Assembly: GCA_951406725.2 (NCBI GenBank)
Contig: CATOCA020000020.1
Location: 9,001-73,000 of the forward strand
DNA from: Octopus vulgaris
Taxonomy: Eukaryota
Length of the DNA stretch: 64,000 bases
Reading direction: 5' to 3'
Both the position numbers and the translations under genes were made by a program. Positions 20,250-31,992 of the stretch are shown piece after piece (within the stretch, counting starts at the first letter, position 1; the number at the start of each line of letters is the position of its first letter). The notes beneath the pieces are model-generated. The model worked only from the letters and a program-made list of their open reading frames with translations. It was not told the DNA's origin and searched no databases.

Positions 20250-23200
20250 TCACAGGCGAAACCTGAGAACTGGTCCATTTATACAGGCCAGTCTCGCACA
20301 ATTCACCCACCTTTCATAAAACTTGCTATCGGACAGCACTTTCCTCTCTAACCTCATCTTCCTTTTCAAGTGAAACTTGAAAAAGTTGATGAGGCCTTGA
20401 CCAAAGAGGAAAGTGTCTGACTTTAGCCCTTTCAAACGAGTCCACCACACGACTTCTTTCGCCACAGCCACAAGGCACAAGAAAACGGCCTCGCCCTCCT
20501 TGTTAAAGGAGGTCGGCGGGGCAATCTTCACTATGGATTCGGCCGATAGTCGGATCCGTCCTACACGTGACAGTAGCTGTTCGACATAAACCCATATTTC
20601 AGCAATACTCGGGCACTGGACGAGTGCGTGCAGAACGGTTTCGTCGTCCTGGCAACACCTCGGGCAGGCCCGGCTGACGGCACTTCCGTGCCGGTAGAGT
20701 TTATCTCGAACAGGCAGAGCCCCTCGGTAGCACTGCCAGGCGAGAGACCTCTGGAAATTATCCATCGGCCCCGGCCCGAAAGTCCTCCCGAACAGACCGC
20801 TCAGTTCGTCGTCTTCAACGCCTAGAGTTTCCCCGAGAACGTCGTCGCATTTTTCCTCCACTAACCCTCTATAGAACGCTAGAGTGGAGCTGTAACCGAC
20901 CGCATTGCCCGCCTGGTGGAGGGCGGAGAGGGCTTGACGGCACTCGAGGTGCCAAGCGCCCTTTCTCGGTCTACGTTTGATCCAGGTCTGCAGCTCCGTC
21001 AAAGAGACGAGCTGCGGAAAATCGCGTCTGACAAAAGACGACCACACCTGTTCACCGTCTAGGAAGCGCTTGAGATGCCGCAGCCTGAGCGCATGTCTGC
21101 GCAACAGCAACCACGGCATTCCAAGGCCTCCGTTCAGCGGTCGTTGACAGCAGATGGATCGCCTGACCAGTGGCACCTGACCCTTCCACAAAAAGTCGAA
21201 GAGCAGGTGTACCAGCTTGGCCAACCAGCGGTCGGGACAAGGGACGACGGTCAAGCGGTAATAGATGACGGATGCGATGTACGCATTCGCCACCTCCGCT
21301 CGACCTTTCAGGGACAGCTTCCTCTCGGCCCATTTCTGGGTGAGACGTGCCACCCTGCTCGTCACCTCTTCCCAGTTCTTATCCACCTGGAGGTCCGGAC
21401 CGAACCAGACCCCGAGCAGTTTAACGGGTCCGTCTGTCCAGCGCCCTACGACGCTGTTGGACGGCATGGGCTTGCCTCTCCAGGTGCCCAGTTGCAAGCC
21501 CACAGACTTTTCCGCGTTAATCTTTGCCCCTGTCACCGCTTCGTACTGGTTTAGCGTCTCGCCAATCAGGCCAATGTGCCTGTGGCTCGACACCACCACG
21601 GTGACGTCGTCGGCATAAGCAGACACGCTGTTTCCGCCTCCTAGATCGCGCGGGATGCCCCTCAAAGCCTCCAACTTGCGCAGTAATGGCTCGAGAGTCA
21701 AAATGTACAAGAGGGAGGAGAGAGGGCATCCTTGGCGGACCGAACGCGAGATGTCGAACGGTTCCGAAAGGTGACCGTTCACCCGTATCACCGAGCAGAT
21801 GTTGCTGTATAAAGCAGCGATCCACCCGCGGAAGACTGGACCGAAGCCGGCTGCCTTGAGGACAGCTGCCAGGTACCGATGGTCGACCCTATCGAAGGCT
21901 TTACTCTGATCCAAGTTGATCAAAGCCCCACCCGCGCCAGCGTCGTTACCCACCCTCTCTATGATGTAGCGCATGAGATGGAGGTTGTCGTGTATCGACC
22001 TGGTCGGCACGGCGCATGTCTGCGTCCCGCCGACCAGCTTGTCCACGACAAGCGCCAATCTCTTGGCTAGCACCTTGGCCAAAATCTTCAACTCTGCATT
22101 GAGCAGAGTGATGGGCCGGAAATTGCCTATAACGTCCCCCTTGTTTGGGTCCTTCTTTAGCAAAGCCACCACCCCTCGACAGACAAAAGCAGGAATTCTC
22201 CCGTTTTGCTGCCAGTTGCAGTAGACGTTTGCCAACAGGTCCGCAAACAAGTCTGGCATTGAAAAGTAAAGCTCGTAGGGCAGACCATCCAAACCCGGCG
22301 ATCTACCTCTCGTGCAACTCTTCATCGCTTCCTGTACTTCCCAGGCAGATATCGGTCCTTCGCAGCACTCTGCCTCGCTGTCCGAGAGTTGCGGCAGTCC
22401 GTCCAGGTACACACCGAAGTCTGTACCGTTGGTGTCCGTTCCACCGCTCGTCCCAAACAGTTGAGCAAAGTGCCGCTGAAGTACCGTACACATCTGCTTC
22501 GGTTGGGTAACCTCGCGCCCGTTCTGGTCCACCAAAGACCGAATGGTTGCTCTGTTGCCTCGCTTCGCCTCCGCCACGCGGGCCCATCGAGCGGCTCTAG
22601 TCCCCTCCCCGCTTAGCGAACGTGCCTTAGCTCTGACAACGCAGCCTTCGTGTTTGGCGTCGAAGTGTTGGTCGAGGGCCAACCTTGCCGCCAACACGTC
22701 GGTCGCGATGCCAGTGTCAAGAGCCTCGTCTAGTTTCTTAACTAAATCCCGCTCTCTCTTCCTACGTTCAATAGCTAGAGTCTTACTATACCTAATCGAC
22801 TCTACTCTAATTGCTCTCTTGAGGGCAAACCACCAGTTGTTGTTGATGATTGCCCCCGTGAGCGCCCGCTTAACTAGTAAACTAATCCGGTCTCTGTAAG
22901 CTTTGCACGCCGTTAACGACGCGTTCAGCTTCCAGTAGCCGGGTCCCTGTCTATGTAGCCTATCTAAGTCGACCGTACAGATCACTAATTTGTGGTCCGT
23001 ATATTCGACTAGGTGGAATTGTGGACACCCTACGCTGTCCTTATCCGCTGGCCTACAAAACACTCTATCTAAGTACGATCTAGACGACCCGATGCGGTTT
23101 GTCCAAGTCCACATTGGCACATTCGGGTTGTCTAGTCGAAACCTGTCGGACAGCTGAAAGCGGCCGAGTAGGTTGGCGAGGCTCTTGCACCCACCCCCTC

Positions 23201-23684
23201 TCCTAACAGACGCTCCCCTGCCCACCCGATCGAAACGTTCGTCTAAGACAGCGTTCCAATCCCCAACTAGTACTAGAGTGCGTGACGTTCCCAGGAAAAC
23301 TTCCAGACGTTTGAAATAATCCGACTGCCCTGCTCCTGTCGGAGCGTAGGCAGCCAGCAGTCTGAAAGCACCGCCGTCACTACCGTCCACGTCGAGGACC
23401 ACCAACTTACCTTCCGGATCCAAGAAGACTGTTCTTATTTTCAGGTCCAGGCCCTTCCGAAACAACACCGCAGTACCACCACCGCCCGCTCCCGGCCGAC
23501 ACGGAGATAGAAATATCTCGTATCCGCCGAAAAGGGCTGCGAGTTCCTGCGGGTCGGAGAGCCTGGTTTCACTGATGGCTGCTATATCCACATCATGAAA
23601 CCTCAGGTCGTTTAACAGGTGACCCTGTTTCCAAGGTGACCCGAGGCCTCTCACATTCAAGCAACCGATTCTAAGATTTGCCAT
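20250..23684 (-). CDS. ORF2 APE-RT, 1144 aa, intact
   Basis: Same protein as 8513-11947. Confidence 0.97.
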   Translation of the reverse strand: MANLRIGCLNVRGLGSPWKQGHLLNDLRFHDVDIAAISETRLSDPQELAALFGGYEIFLSPCRPGAGGGGTAVLFRKGLDLKIRTVFLDPEGKLVVLDVDGSDGGAFRLLAAYAPTGAGQSDYFKRLEVFLGTSRTLVLVGDWNAVLDERFDRVGRGASVRRGGGCKSLANLLGRFQLSDRFRLDNPNVPMWTWTNRIGSSRSYLDRVFCRPADKDSVGCPQFHLVEYTDHKLVICTVDLDRLHRQGPGYWKLNASLTACKAYRDRISLLVKRALTGAIINNNWWFALKRAIRVESIRYSKTLAIERRKRERDLVKKLDEALDTGIATDVLAARLALDQHFDAKHEGCVVRAKARSLSGEGTRAARWARVAEAKRGNRATIRSLVDQNGREVTQPKQMCTVLQRHFAQLFGTSGGTDTNGTDFGVYLDGLPQLSDSEAECCEGPISAWEVQEAMKSCTRGRSPGLDGLPYELYFSMPDLFADLLANVYCNWQQNGRIPAFVCRGVVALLKKDPNKGDVIGNFRPITLLNAELKILAKVLAKRLALVVDKLVGGTQTCAVPTRSIHDNLHLMRYIIERVGNDAGAGGALINLDQSKAFDRVDHRYLAAVLKAAGFGPVFRGWIAALYSNICSVIRVNGHLSEPFDISRSVRQGCPLSSLLYILTLEPLLRKLEALRGIPRDLGGGNSVSAYADDVTVVVSSHRHIGLIGETLNQYEAVTGAKINAEKSVGLQLGTWRGKPMPSNSVVGRWTDGPVKLLGVWFGPDLQVDKNWEEVTSRVARLTQKWAERKLSLKGRAEVANAYIASVIYYRLTVVPCPDRWLAKLVHLLFDFLWKGQVPLVRRSICCQRPLNGGLGMPWLLLRRHALRLRHLKRFLDGEQVWSSFVRRDFPQLVSLTELQTWIKRRPRKGAWHLECRQALSALHQAGNAVGYSSTLAFYRGLVEEKCDDVLGETLGVEDDELSGLFGRTFGPGPMDNFQRSLAWQCYRGALPVRDKLYRHGSAVSRACPRCCQDDETVLHALVQCPSIAEIWVYVEQLLSRVGRIRLSAESIVKIAPPTSFNKEGEAVFLCLVAVAKEVVWWTRLKGLKSDTFLFGQGLINFFKFHLKRKMRLERKVLSDSKFYERWVNCARLACINGPVLRFRL

Positions 23685-23723
23685 GTCTCAAGAATTAGGG
23701 GAAAAAAAAGGAGAAAAAAGGCT

Positions 23724-25603
23724 CTACTTACTGTTGTTGGTGGTGGGGGTGGCTCCCTTGTGCTTTTGCACGGGTGCTTCAATAATATTTTTGTAAAGTT
23801 TCTGAGAGAAACTTTTCCCTAACGATCCCACATCGTTAGGGAATATTTGTTTTATTTCATTGTACACTGTTTTGTTTATTTTTATTGTGAGAATGTGTGC
23901 TGGTGGTGTGTTGTGTGTAGGTATTATGAAATCTGTAATGTTTGTGCTTGTTTTGTTTTTCAAATACTCAACCAGTTCCTGGTTTCTTGTATTCACTGCT
24001 GTAATCGTGTCTGTAATTGTGTCTGTGTTTGTTTGTGTCTGTGGTAGTGGCAGTAGTGGTGTCGAAAGTGTTGTTGTTGTTGTTTGTTGTTGTGAGTGTG
24101 TGTTGTTGTTGATGTTGTTGTTGATGTTGGGAAGTACTATTTGTTCGTGCTTCCCCTGTAAAACTTTTTGTTTTTCCTCCTTTTCTTTTTGGAGGTACTA
24201 TATTCCATTCTCCTTTGTTGGAATCCGAGCTCGCACAATCCGAGATCTCTTCATCCGGCAAAGGAATGGTTGAGGGGTCTGCTTCAGTAGCAGGACGAAA
24301 AGTTTTAGGTTCCGCCGGTATCGGTGGTGCCGCTGCTCCTGTTACTGTTGATGTCGCTGCTGTCGACCTTCGAGGTACTGGTGTCGGTGTTGGTTTGGTG
24401 GTGGTTGTCGGTGTTGGTTTGGTGGTGGTTGTTGTTGTTGGAGGTGGTGTTGTTCGTCTTGGTGCTGGTGTTGGTGATGGTGTTGGTGGTGTGGCAGCCT
24501 TTGGTTTTTCTTGCTGTTTTTGTTGTTTCTGTTGTTGTTGCTTGTTGTTGTTGTTGTTGTTGTTGTTGTTGCTGCTGCCTCTTGCTATACTCCTCCATTC
24601 TCTTTTTTTGAATGGGGCAGTCCCTTTTTAGGTGGCTTTCGCTACTGCAGAGGAAACATTTTGGCTTTCGCCCCTCTACAATAACATTTAGCCTGGTCCC
24701 ATCCAGCAAGATGACAAAGTCAGGTATGGCATTGATGTTTTCCTGCTGGATCTGTACCAGCAGTTGAATACCCATGCCTGACCAGTTCTTTTCTCGTACC
24801 CTCCGAACATTCAGAATAGTGGCAGTGTCCTCTATGCCATAGAGGACAGCCGCCACTAGCCATGAGATTTTCTGTTCGGGGGGTATTGTGCTTATGGTTA
24901 TTTTTTGTACCTTACGCCCGAGGTACGTCGGGACGAGGAACAAATGTTCATTTTGCAAGGGCGAAATGGCGTTCGCCCTTGCAAGCTCCTCTGTTGGGAA
25001 GCGAACCTCCACGGTTCCAAATCGCTTCCCTCTTGTCACATAGCTCTTCTGGCCCCAAATGGGCTTCAGAGCCATCTCCAACTGTTGTGGTGTGGCGTTA
25101 AACAATCTTTTAGTTTTCTTTTCGAAGACTTTATAAAAGATTGTTCTTTTGCTTGTTTCTTGTGTGAGTTGTTGAGGTGTGTTGAGGAAAACACTGTTCC
25201 CCTCCTTTCTCAACAAATCTTGTGCCATTTTTATGTCCTCCATTGTAATTTCTACATCTTCCGAAATTTGCTTCGCAGCAGAAGCAAAATCGTTAGAAGC
25301 TTTTACAGTTTTTTGTTGGTTCTTGTCTGTGTTTGTGTCTGTTATAATTTTCTTTACCTCCCCCTTCGGTACAGCATCACTTGTTGAAGGCAGAGGGGGG
25401 AAATCAAGAGTGACGTCGAACGCGACGTCCTGGCATGCATTCTCCTTTTGAACCGAGCGCGTGCTCTCCGGTTCGGAAGGAGGAGCTTTGTTGCCTTTTA
25501 CGGCCTGAAATGGGTTGTACGTAACCCGTGACGTTATTTTTTTTGTTCTTGTAGGGGGGTGTTGCAAGAAGGAGGAAGAGCCAGCAGCTCGTTTCAGTGC
25601 CAT
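23724..25603 (-). CDS. ORF1; N-terminal part in frame from the ATG through the CCHC knuckle, frameshifts downstream
   Basis: ORF 24305-25702 contains MALKRAAG...CFLCSSESHLKRDC continuously, which defines the consensus frame. Confidence 0.85.
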
Positions 25604-26117
25604 TTTGTAATGTGTGTGTGCAAAAAATGTCAATTTCAAAAGGATAGACAGTAATTTCACCCCGAATGGGGCAAAATTTCGCCCAACCGACGAGCTCCGC
25701 AAGAAGCCGGTCGGTTTGGCTACAAAAATATTAAAAAATATTCAAGCTTATTAAAAAATTTCCAATAAAATTGGCACAAAACTCACAGAGCTGATTCACG
25801 TACGTCCATCGGCGTCGGAAGGAATAATAATAATAATCAATTCTTTTTTATTGGCCACAAGGGCTGACACGCATGATTACATAAAGGGACAAGACAGGAC
25901 GAAAGGTTACAAAGGGTTTTGTCCGTTTTTTAAAAACATCGAGTAAAAATCTTTATAACAACTTATAAAATTCAACAATGAAAAACTCCCAAAAGGGGGA
26001 GACGTCTCGAAATGTTCCCGGTGGAAAAAACCCTACAAAAGCCAACGGGAGCCTGGTCAAAAAGGGGGTGTAGAGAGTCCCCTTTCTTCTCCTTTTACAT
26101 TACCTTTTTCTTTGAAA

Positions 26118-29100
26118 TCACAGGCGAAACCTGAGAACTGGTCCATTTATACAGGCCAGTCTCGCACAATTCACCCACCTTTCATAAAACTTGCTATCGG
26201 ACAGCACTTTCCTCTCTAACCTCATCTTCCTTTTCAAGTGAAACTTGAAAAAGTTGATGAGGCCTTGACCAAAGAGGAAAGTGTCTGACTTTAGCCCTTT
26301 CAAACGAGTCCACCACACGACTTCTTTCGCCACAGCCACAAGGCACAAGAAAACGGCCTCGCCCTCCTTGTTAAAGGAGGTCGGCGGGGCAATCTTCACT
26401 ATGGATTCGGCCGATAGTCGGATCCGTCCTACACGTGACAGTAGCTGTTCGACATAAACCCATATTTCAGCAATACTCGGGCACTGGACGAGTGCGTGCA
26501 GAACGGTTTCGTCGTCCTGGCAACACCTCGGGCAGGCCCGGCTGACGGCACTTCCGTGCCGGTAGAGTTTATCTCGAACAGGCAGAGCCCCTCGGTAGCA
26601 CTGCCAGGCGAGAGACCTCTGGAAATTATCCATCGGCCCCGGCCCGAAAGTCCTCCCGAACAGACCGCTCAGTTCGTCGTCTTCAACGCCTAGAGTTTCC
26701 CCGAGAACGTCGTCGCATTTTTCCTCCACTAACCCTCTATAGAACGCTAGAGTGGAGCTGTAACCGACCGCATTGCCCGCCTGGTGGAGGGCGGAGAGGG
26801 CTTGACGGCACTCGAGGTGCCAAGCGCCCTTTCTCGGTCTACGTTTGATCCAGGTCTGCAGCTCCGTCAAAGAGACGAGCTGCGGAAAATCGCGTCTGAC
26901 AAAAGACGACCACACCTGTTCACCGTCTAGGAAGCGCTTGAGATGCCGCAGCCTGAGCGCATGTCTGCGCAACAGCAACCACGGCATTCCAAGGCCTCCG
27001 TTCAGCGGTCGTTGACAGCAGATGGATCGCCTGACCAGTGGCACCTGACCCTTCCACAAAAAGTCGAAGAGCAGGTGTACCAGCTTGGCCAACCAGCGGT
27101 CGGGACAAGGGACGACGGTCAAGCGGTAATAGATGACGGATGCGATGTACGCATTCGCCACCTCCGCTCGACCTTTCAGGGACAGCTTCCTCTCGGCCCA
27201 TTTCTGGGTGAGACGTGCCACCCTGCTCGTCACCTCTTCCCAGTTCTTATCCACCTGGAGGTCCGGACCGAACCAGACCCCGAGCAGTTTAACGGGTCCG
27301 TCTGTCCAGCGCCCTACGACGCTGTTGGACGGCATGGGCTTGCCTCTCCAGGTGCCCAGTTGCAAGCCCACAGACTTTTCCGCGTTAATCTTTGCCCCTG
27401 TCACCGCTTCGTACTGGTTTAGCGTCTCGCCAATCAGGCCAATGTGCCTGTGGCTCGACACCACCACGGTGACGTCGTCGGCATAAGCAGACACGCTGTT
27501 TCCGCCTCCTAGATCGCGCGGGATGCCCCTCAAAGCCTCCAACTTGCGCAGTAATGGCTCGAGAGTCAAAATGTACAAGAGGGAGGAGAGAGGGCATCCT
27601 TGGCGGACCGAACGCGAGATGTCGAACGGTTCCGAAAGGTGACCGTTCACCCGTATCACCGAGCAGATGTTGCTGTATAAAGCAGCGATCCACCCGCGGA
27701 AGACTGGACCGAAGCCGGCTGCCTTGAGGACAGCTGCCAGGTACCGATGGTCGACCCTATCGAAGGCTTTACTCTGATCCAAGTTGATCAAAGCCCCACC
27801 CGCGCCAGCGTCGTTACCCACCCTCTCTATGATGTAGCGCATGAGATGGAGGTTGTCGTGTATCGACCTGGTCGGCACGGCGCATGTCTGCGTCCCGCCG
27901 ACCAGCTTGTCCACGACAAGCGCCAATCTCTTGGCTAGCACCTTGGCCAAAATCTTCAACTCTGCATTGAGCAGAGTGATGGGCCGGAAATTGCCTATAA
28001 CGTCCCCCTTGTTTGGGTCCTTCTTTAGCAAAGCCACCACCCCTCGACAGACAAAAGCAGGAATTCTCCCGTTTTGCTGCCAGTTGCAGTAGACGTTTGC
28101 CAACAGGTCCGCAAACAAGTCTGGCATTGAAAAGTAAAGCTCGTAGGGCAGACCATCCAAACCCGGCGATCTACCTCTCGTGCAACTCTTCATCGCTTCC
28201 TGTACTTCCCAGGCAGATATCGGTCCTTCGCAGCACTCTGCCTCGCTGTCCGAGAGTTGCGGCAGTCCGTCCAGGTACACACCGAAGTCTGTACCGTTGG
28301 TGTCCGTTCCACCGCTCGTCCCAAACAGTTGAGCAAAGTGCCGCTGAAGTACCGTACACATCTGCTTCGGTTGGGTAACCTCGCGCCCGTTCTGGTCCAC
28401 CAAAGACCGAATGGTTGCTCTGTTGCCTCGCTTCGCCTCCGCCACGCGGGCCCATCGAGCGGCTCTAGTCCCCTCCCCGCTTAGCGAACGTGCCTTAGCT
28501 CTGACAACGCAGCCTTCGTGTTTGGCGTCGAAGTGTTGGTCGAGGGCCAACCTTGCCGCCAACACGTCGGTCGCGATGCCAGTGTCAAGAGCCTCGTCTA
28601 GTTTCTTAACTAAATCCCGCTCTCTCTTCCTACGTTCAATAGCTAGAGTCTTACTATACCTAATCGACTCTACTCTAATTGCTCTCTTGAGGGCAAACCA
28701 CCAGTTGTTGTTGATGATTGCCCCCGTGAGCGCCCGCTTAACTAGTAAACTAATCCGGTCTCTGTAAGCTTTGCACGCCGTTAACGACGCGTTCAGCTTC
28801 CAGTAGCCGGGTCCCTGTCTATGTAGCCTATCTAAGTCGACCGTACAGATCACTAATTTGTGGTCCGTATATTCGACTAGGTGGAATTGTGGACACCCTA
28901 CGCTGTCCTTATCCGCTGGCCTACAAAACACTCTATCTAAGTACGATCTAGACGACCCGATGCGGTTTGTCCAAGTCCACATTGGCACATTCGGGTTGTC
29001 TAGTCGAAACCTGTCGGACAGCTGAAAGCGGCCGAGTAGGTTGGCGAGGCTCTTGCACCCACCCCCTCTCCTAACAGACGCTCCCCTGCCCACCCGATCG

Positions 29101-29552
29101 AAACGTTCGTCTAAGACAGCGTTCCAATCCCCAACTAGTACTAGAGTGCGTGACGTTCCCAGGAAAACTTCCAGACGTTTGAAATAATCCGACTGCCCTG
29201 CTCCTGTCGGAGCGTAGGCAGCCAGCAGTCTGAAAGCACCGCCGTCACTACCGTCCACGTCGAGGACCACCAACTTACCTTCCGGATCCAAGAAGACTGT
29301 TCTTATTTTCAGGTCCAGGCCCTTCCGAAACAACACCGCAGTACCACCACCGCCCGCTCCCGGCCGACACGGAGATAGAAATATCTCGTATCCGCCGAAA
29401 AGGGCTGCGAGTTCCTGCGGGTCGGAGAGCCTGGTTTCACTGATGGCTGCTATATCCACATCATGAAACCTCAGGTCGTTTAACAGGTGACCCTGTTTCC
29501 AAGGTGACCCGAGGCCTCTCACATTCAAGCAACCGATTCTAAGATTTGCCAT
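26118..29552 (-). CDS. ORF2 APE-RT, 1144 aa, intact
   Basis: Same motifs as above. Confidence 0.97.
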   Translation of the reverse strand: MANLRIGCLNVRGLGSPWKQGHLLNDLRFHDVDIAAISETRLSDPQELAALFGGYEIFLSPCRPGAGGGGTAVLFRKGLDLKIRTVFLDPEGKLVVLDVDGSDGGAFRLLAAYAPTGAGQSDYFKRLEVFLGTSRTLVLVGDWNAVLDERFDRVGRGASVRRGGGCKSLANLLGRFQLSDRFRLDNPNVPMWTWTNRIGSSRSYLDRVFCRPADKDSVGCPQFHLVEYTDHKLVICTVDLDRLHRQGPGYWKLNASLTACKAYRDRISLLVKRALTGAIINNNWWFALKRAIRVESIRYSKTLAIERRKRERDLVKKLDEALDTGIATDVLAARLALDQHFDAKHEGCVVRAKARSLSGEGTRAARWARVAEAKRGNRATIRSLVDQNGREVTQPKQMCTVLQRHFAQLFGTSGGTDTNGTDFGVYLDGLPQLSDSEAECCEGPISAWEVQEAMKSCTRGRSPGLDGLPYELYFSMPDLFADLLANVYCNWQQNGRIPAFVCRGVVALLKKDPNKGDVIGNFRPITLLNAELKILAKVLAKRLALVVDKLVGGTQTCAVPTRSIHDNLHLMRYIIERVGNDAGAGGALINLDQSKAFDRVDHRYLAAVLKAAGFGPVFRGWIAALYSNICSVIRVNGHLSEPFDISRSVRQGCPLSSLLYILTLEPLLRKLEALRGIPRDLGGGNSVSAYADDVTVVVSSHRHIGLIGETLNQYEAVTGAKINAEKSVGLQLGTWRGKPMPSNSVVGRWTDGPVKLLGVWFGPDLQVDKNWEEVTSRVARLTQKWAERKLSLKGRAEVANAYIASVIYYRLTVVPCPDRWLAKLVHLLFDFLWKGQVPLVRRSICCQRPLNGGLGMPWLLLRRHALRLRHLKRFLDGEQVWSSFVRRDFPQLVSLTELQTWIKRRPRKGAWHLECRQALSALHQAGNAVGYSSTLAFYRGLVEEKCDDVLGETLGVEDDELSGLFGRTFGPGPMDNFQRSLAWQCYRGALPVRDKLYRHGSAVSRACPRCCQDDETVLHALVQCPSIAEIWVYVEQLLSRVGRIRLSAESIVKIAPPTSFNKEGEAVFLCLVAVAKEVVWWTRLKGLKSDTFLFGQGLINFFKFHLKRKMRLERKVLSDSKFYERWVNCARLACINGPVLRFRL

Positions 29553-29590
29553 GTCTCAAGAATTAGGGAAAAAAAAGGAGAAAAAAGGCT

Positions 29591-30412
29591 CTACTTACTG
29601 TTGTTGGTGGTGGGGGTGGCTCCCTTGTGCTTTTGCACGGGTGCTTCAATAATATTTTTGTAAAGTTTCTGAGAGAAACTTTTCCCTAACGATCCCACAT
29701 CGTTAGGGAATATTTGTTTTATTTCATTGTACACTGTTTTGTTTATTTTTATTGTGAGAATGTGTGCTGGTGGTGTGTTGTGTGTAGGTATTATGAAATC
29801 TGTAATGTTTGTGCTTGTTTTGTTTTTCAAATACTCAACCAGTTCCTGGTTTCTTGTATTCACTGCTGTAATCGTGTCTGTAATTGTGTCTGTGTTTGTT
29901 TGTGTCTGTGGTAGTGGCAGTAGTGGTGTCGAAAGTGTTGTTGTTGTTGTTTGTTGTTGTGAGTGTGTGTTGTTGTTGATGTTGTTGTTGATGTTGGGAA
30001 GTACTATTTGTTCGTGCTTCCCCTGTAAAACTTTTTGTTTTTTCCTCCTTTTCTTTTTTGGAGGTACTATATTCCATTCTCCTTTGTTGGAATCCGAGCT
30101 CGCACAATCCGAGATCTCTTCATCCGGCAAAGGAATGGTTGAGGGTCTGCTTCAGTAGCAGGACGAAAAGTTTTAGGTTCCGCCGGTATCGGTGGTGCCG
30201 CTGCTCCTGTTACTGTTGATGTCGCTGCTGTCGACCTTCGAGGTACTGGTGTCGGTGTTGGTTTGGTGGTGGTTGTCGGTGTTGGTTTGGTGGTGGTTGT
30301 TGTTGTTGGAGGTGGTGTTGTTCGTCTTGGTGCTGGTGTTGGTGATGGTGTTGGTGGTGTGGCAGCCTTTGGTTTTTCTTGCTGTTTTTGTTGTTTCTGT
30401 TGTTGTTGCTTG

Positions 30413-30443
<31 letters not shown>

Positions 30444-31474
30444 GCTGCTGCCTCTTGCTATACTCCTCCATTCTCTTTTTTTGAATGGGGCAGTCCCTTT
30501 TTAGGTGGCTTTCGCTACTGCAGAGGAAACATTTTGGCTTTCGCCCCTCTACAATAACATTTAGCCTGGTCCCATCCAGCAAGATGACAAAGTCAGGTAT
30601 GGCATTGATGTTTTCCTGCTGGATCTGTACCAGCAGTTGAATACCCATGCCTGACCAGTTCTTTTCTCGTACCCTCCGAACATTCAGAATAGTGGCAGTG
30701 TCCTCTATGCCATAGAGGACAGCCGCCACTAGCCATGAGATTTTCTGTTCGGGGGTATTGTGCTTATAGTTATTTTTTGTACCTTACGCCCGAGGTACGT
30801 CGGGACGAGGAACAAATGTTCATTTTGCAAGGGCGAAATGGCGTTTGCCCTTGCAAGCTCCTCTGTTGGGAAGCGAACCTCCACGGTTCCAAATCGCTTC
30901 CCTCTTGTCACATAGCTCTTCTGGCCCCAAATGGGCTTCAGAGCCATCTCCAACTGTTGTGGTGTGGCGTTAAACAATCTTTTAGTTTTCTTTTCGAAGA
31001 CTTTATAAAAGATTGTTCTTTTGCTTGTTTCTTGTGTGAGTTGTTGAGGTGTGTTGAGGAAAACACTGTTCCCCTCCTTTCTCAACAAATCTTGTGCCAT
31101 TTTTATGTCCTCCATTGTAATTTCTACATCTTCCGAAATTTGCTTCGCAGCAGAAGCAAAATCGTTAGAAGCTTTTACAGTTTTTTGTTGGTTCTTGTCT
31201 GTGTTTGTGTCTGTTATAATTTTCTTTACCTCCCCCTTCGGTACAGCATCACTTGTTGAAGGCAGAGGGGGAAATCAAGAGTGACGTCGAACGCGACGTC
31301 CTGGCATGCATTCTCCTTTTGAACCGAGCGCGTGCTCTCCGGTTCGGAAGGAGGAGCTTTGTTGCCTTTTACGGCCTGAAATGGGTTGTACGTAACCCGT
31401 GACGTTATTTTTTTTGTTCTTGTAGGGGGTGTTGCAAGAAGGAGGGAAGAGCCAGCAGCTCGTTTTAGTGCCAT
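29591..31474 (-). CDS. ORF1 (homopolymer frameshifts)
   Basis: ORFs 31226-31573, 30729-31115, 30067-30729 and 29591-30130. Confidence 0.8.
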
Positions 31475-31992
31475 TTTGTAATGTGTGTGTGCAAAAAATG
31501 TCAATTTCAAAAGGATAGACAGTAATTTCACCCCGAATGGGGCAAAATTTCGCCCAACCGACGAGCTCCGCAAGAAGCCGGTCGGTTTGGCTACAAAAAT
31601 ATTAAAAAATATTCAAGCTTATTAAAAAATTTCCAACAAAATTGGCACAAAACTCACGGAGCTGATTCACGTACGTCCATCGGCGTCGGAAGGAATAATA
31701 ATAATAATCAATTCTTTTTTATTGGCCACAAGGGCTGACACGCATGATTACATAAAGGGACAAGACAGGACGAAAGGTTACAAAGGGTTTTGTCCGTTTT
31801 TTAAAAACATCCGAGTAAAAATCTTTATAACAATGATTATTAAAATTCAACAATGAAAAACTCCCAAAAGGGGGAGACGTCTCGAAATGTTCCCGGTGGA
31901 AAAAACCCTACAAAAGCCAACGGGAGCCTGGTCAAAAAGGGGGTGTAGAGAGTCCCCTTTCTTCTCCTTTTACATTACCTTTTTCTTTGAAA

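Larger units (their letters stand above)
19957..25822 (-). mobile_element. Tx1-like LINE unit 4 (5866 bp)
   Basis: Junction to junction. Confidence 0.95.
25823..31693 (-). mobile_element. Tx1-like LINE unit 5 (5871 bp)
   Basis: Junction to junction. Confidence 0.95.
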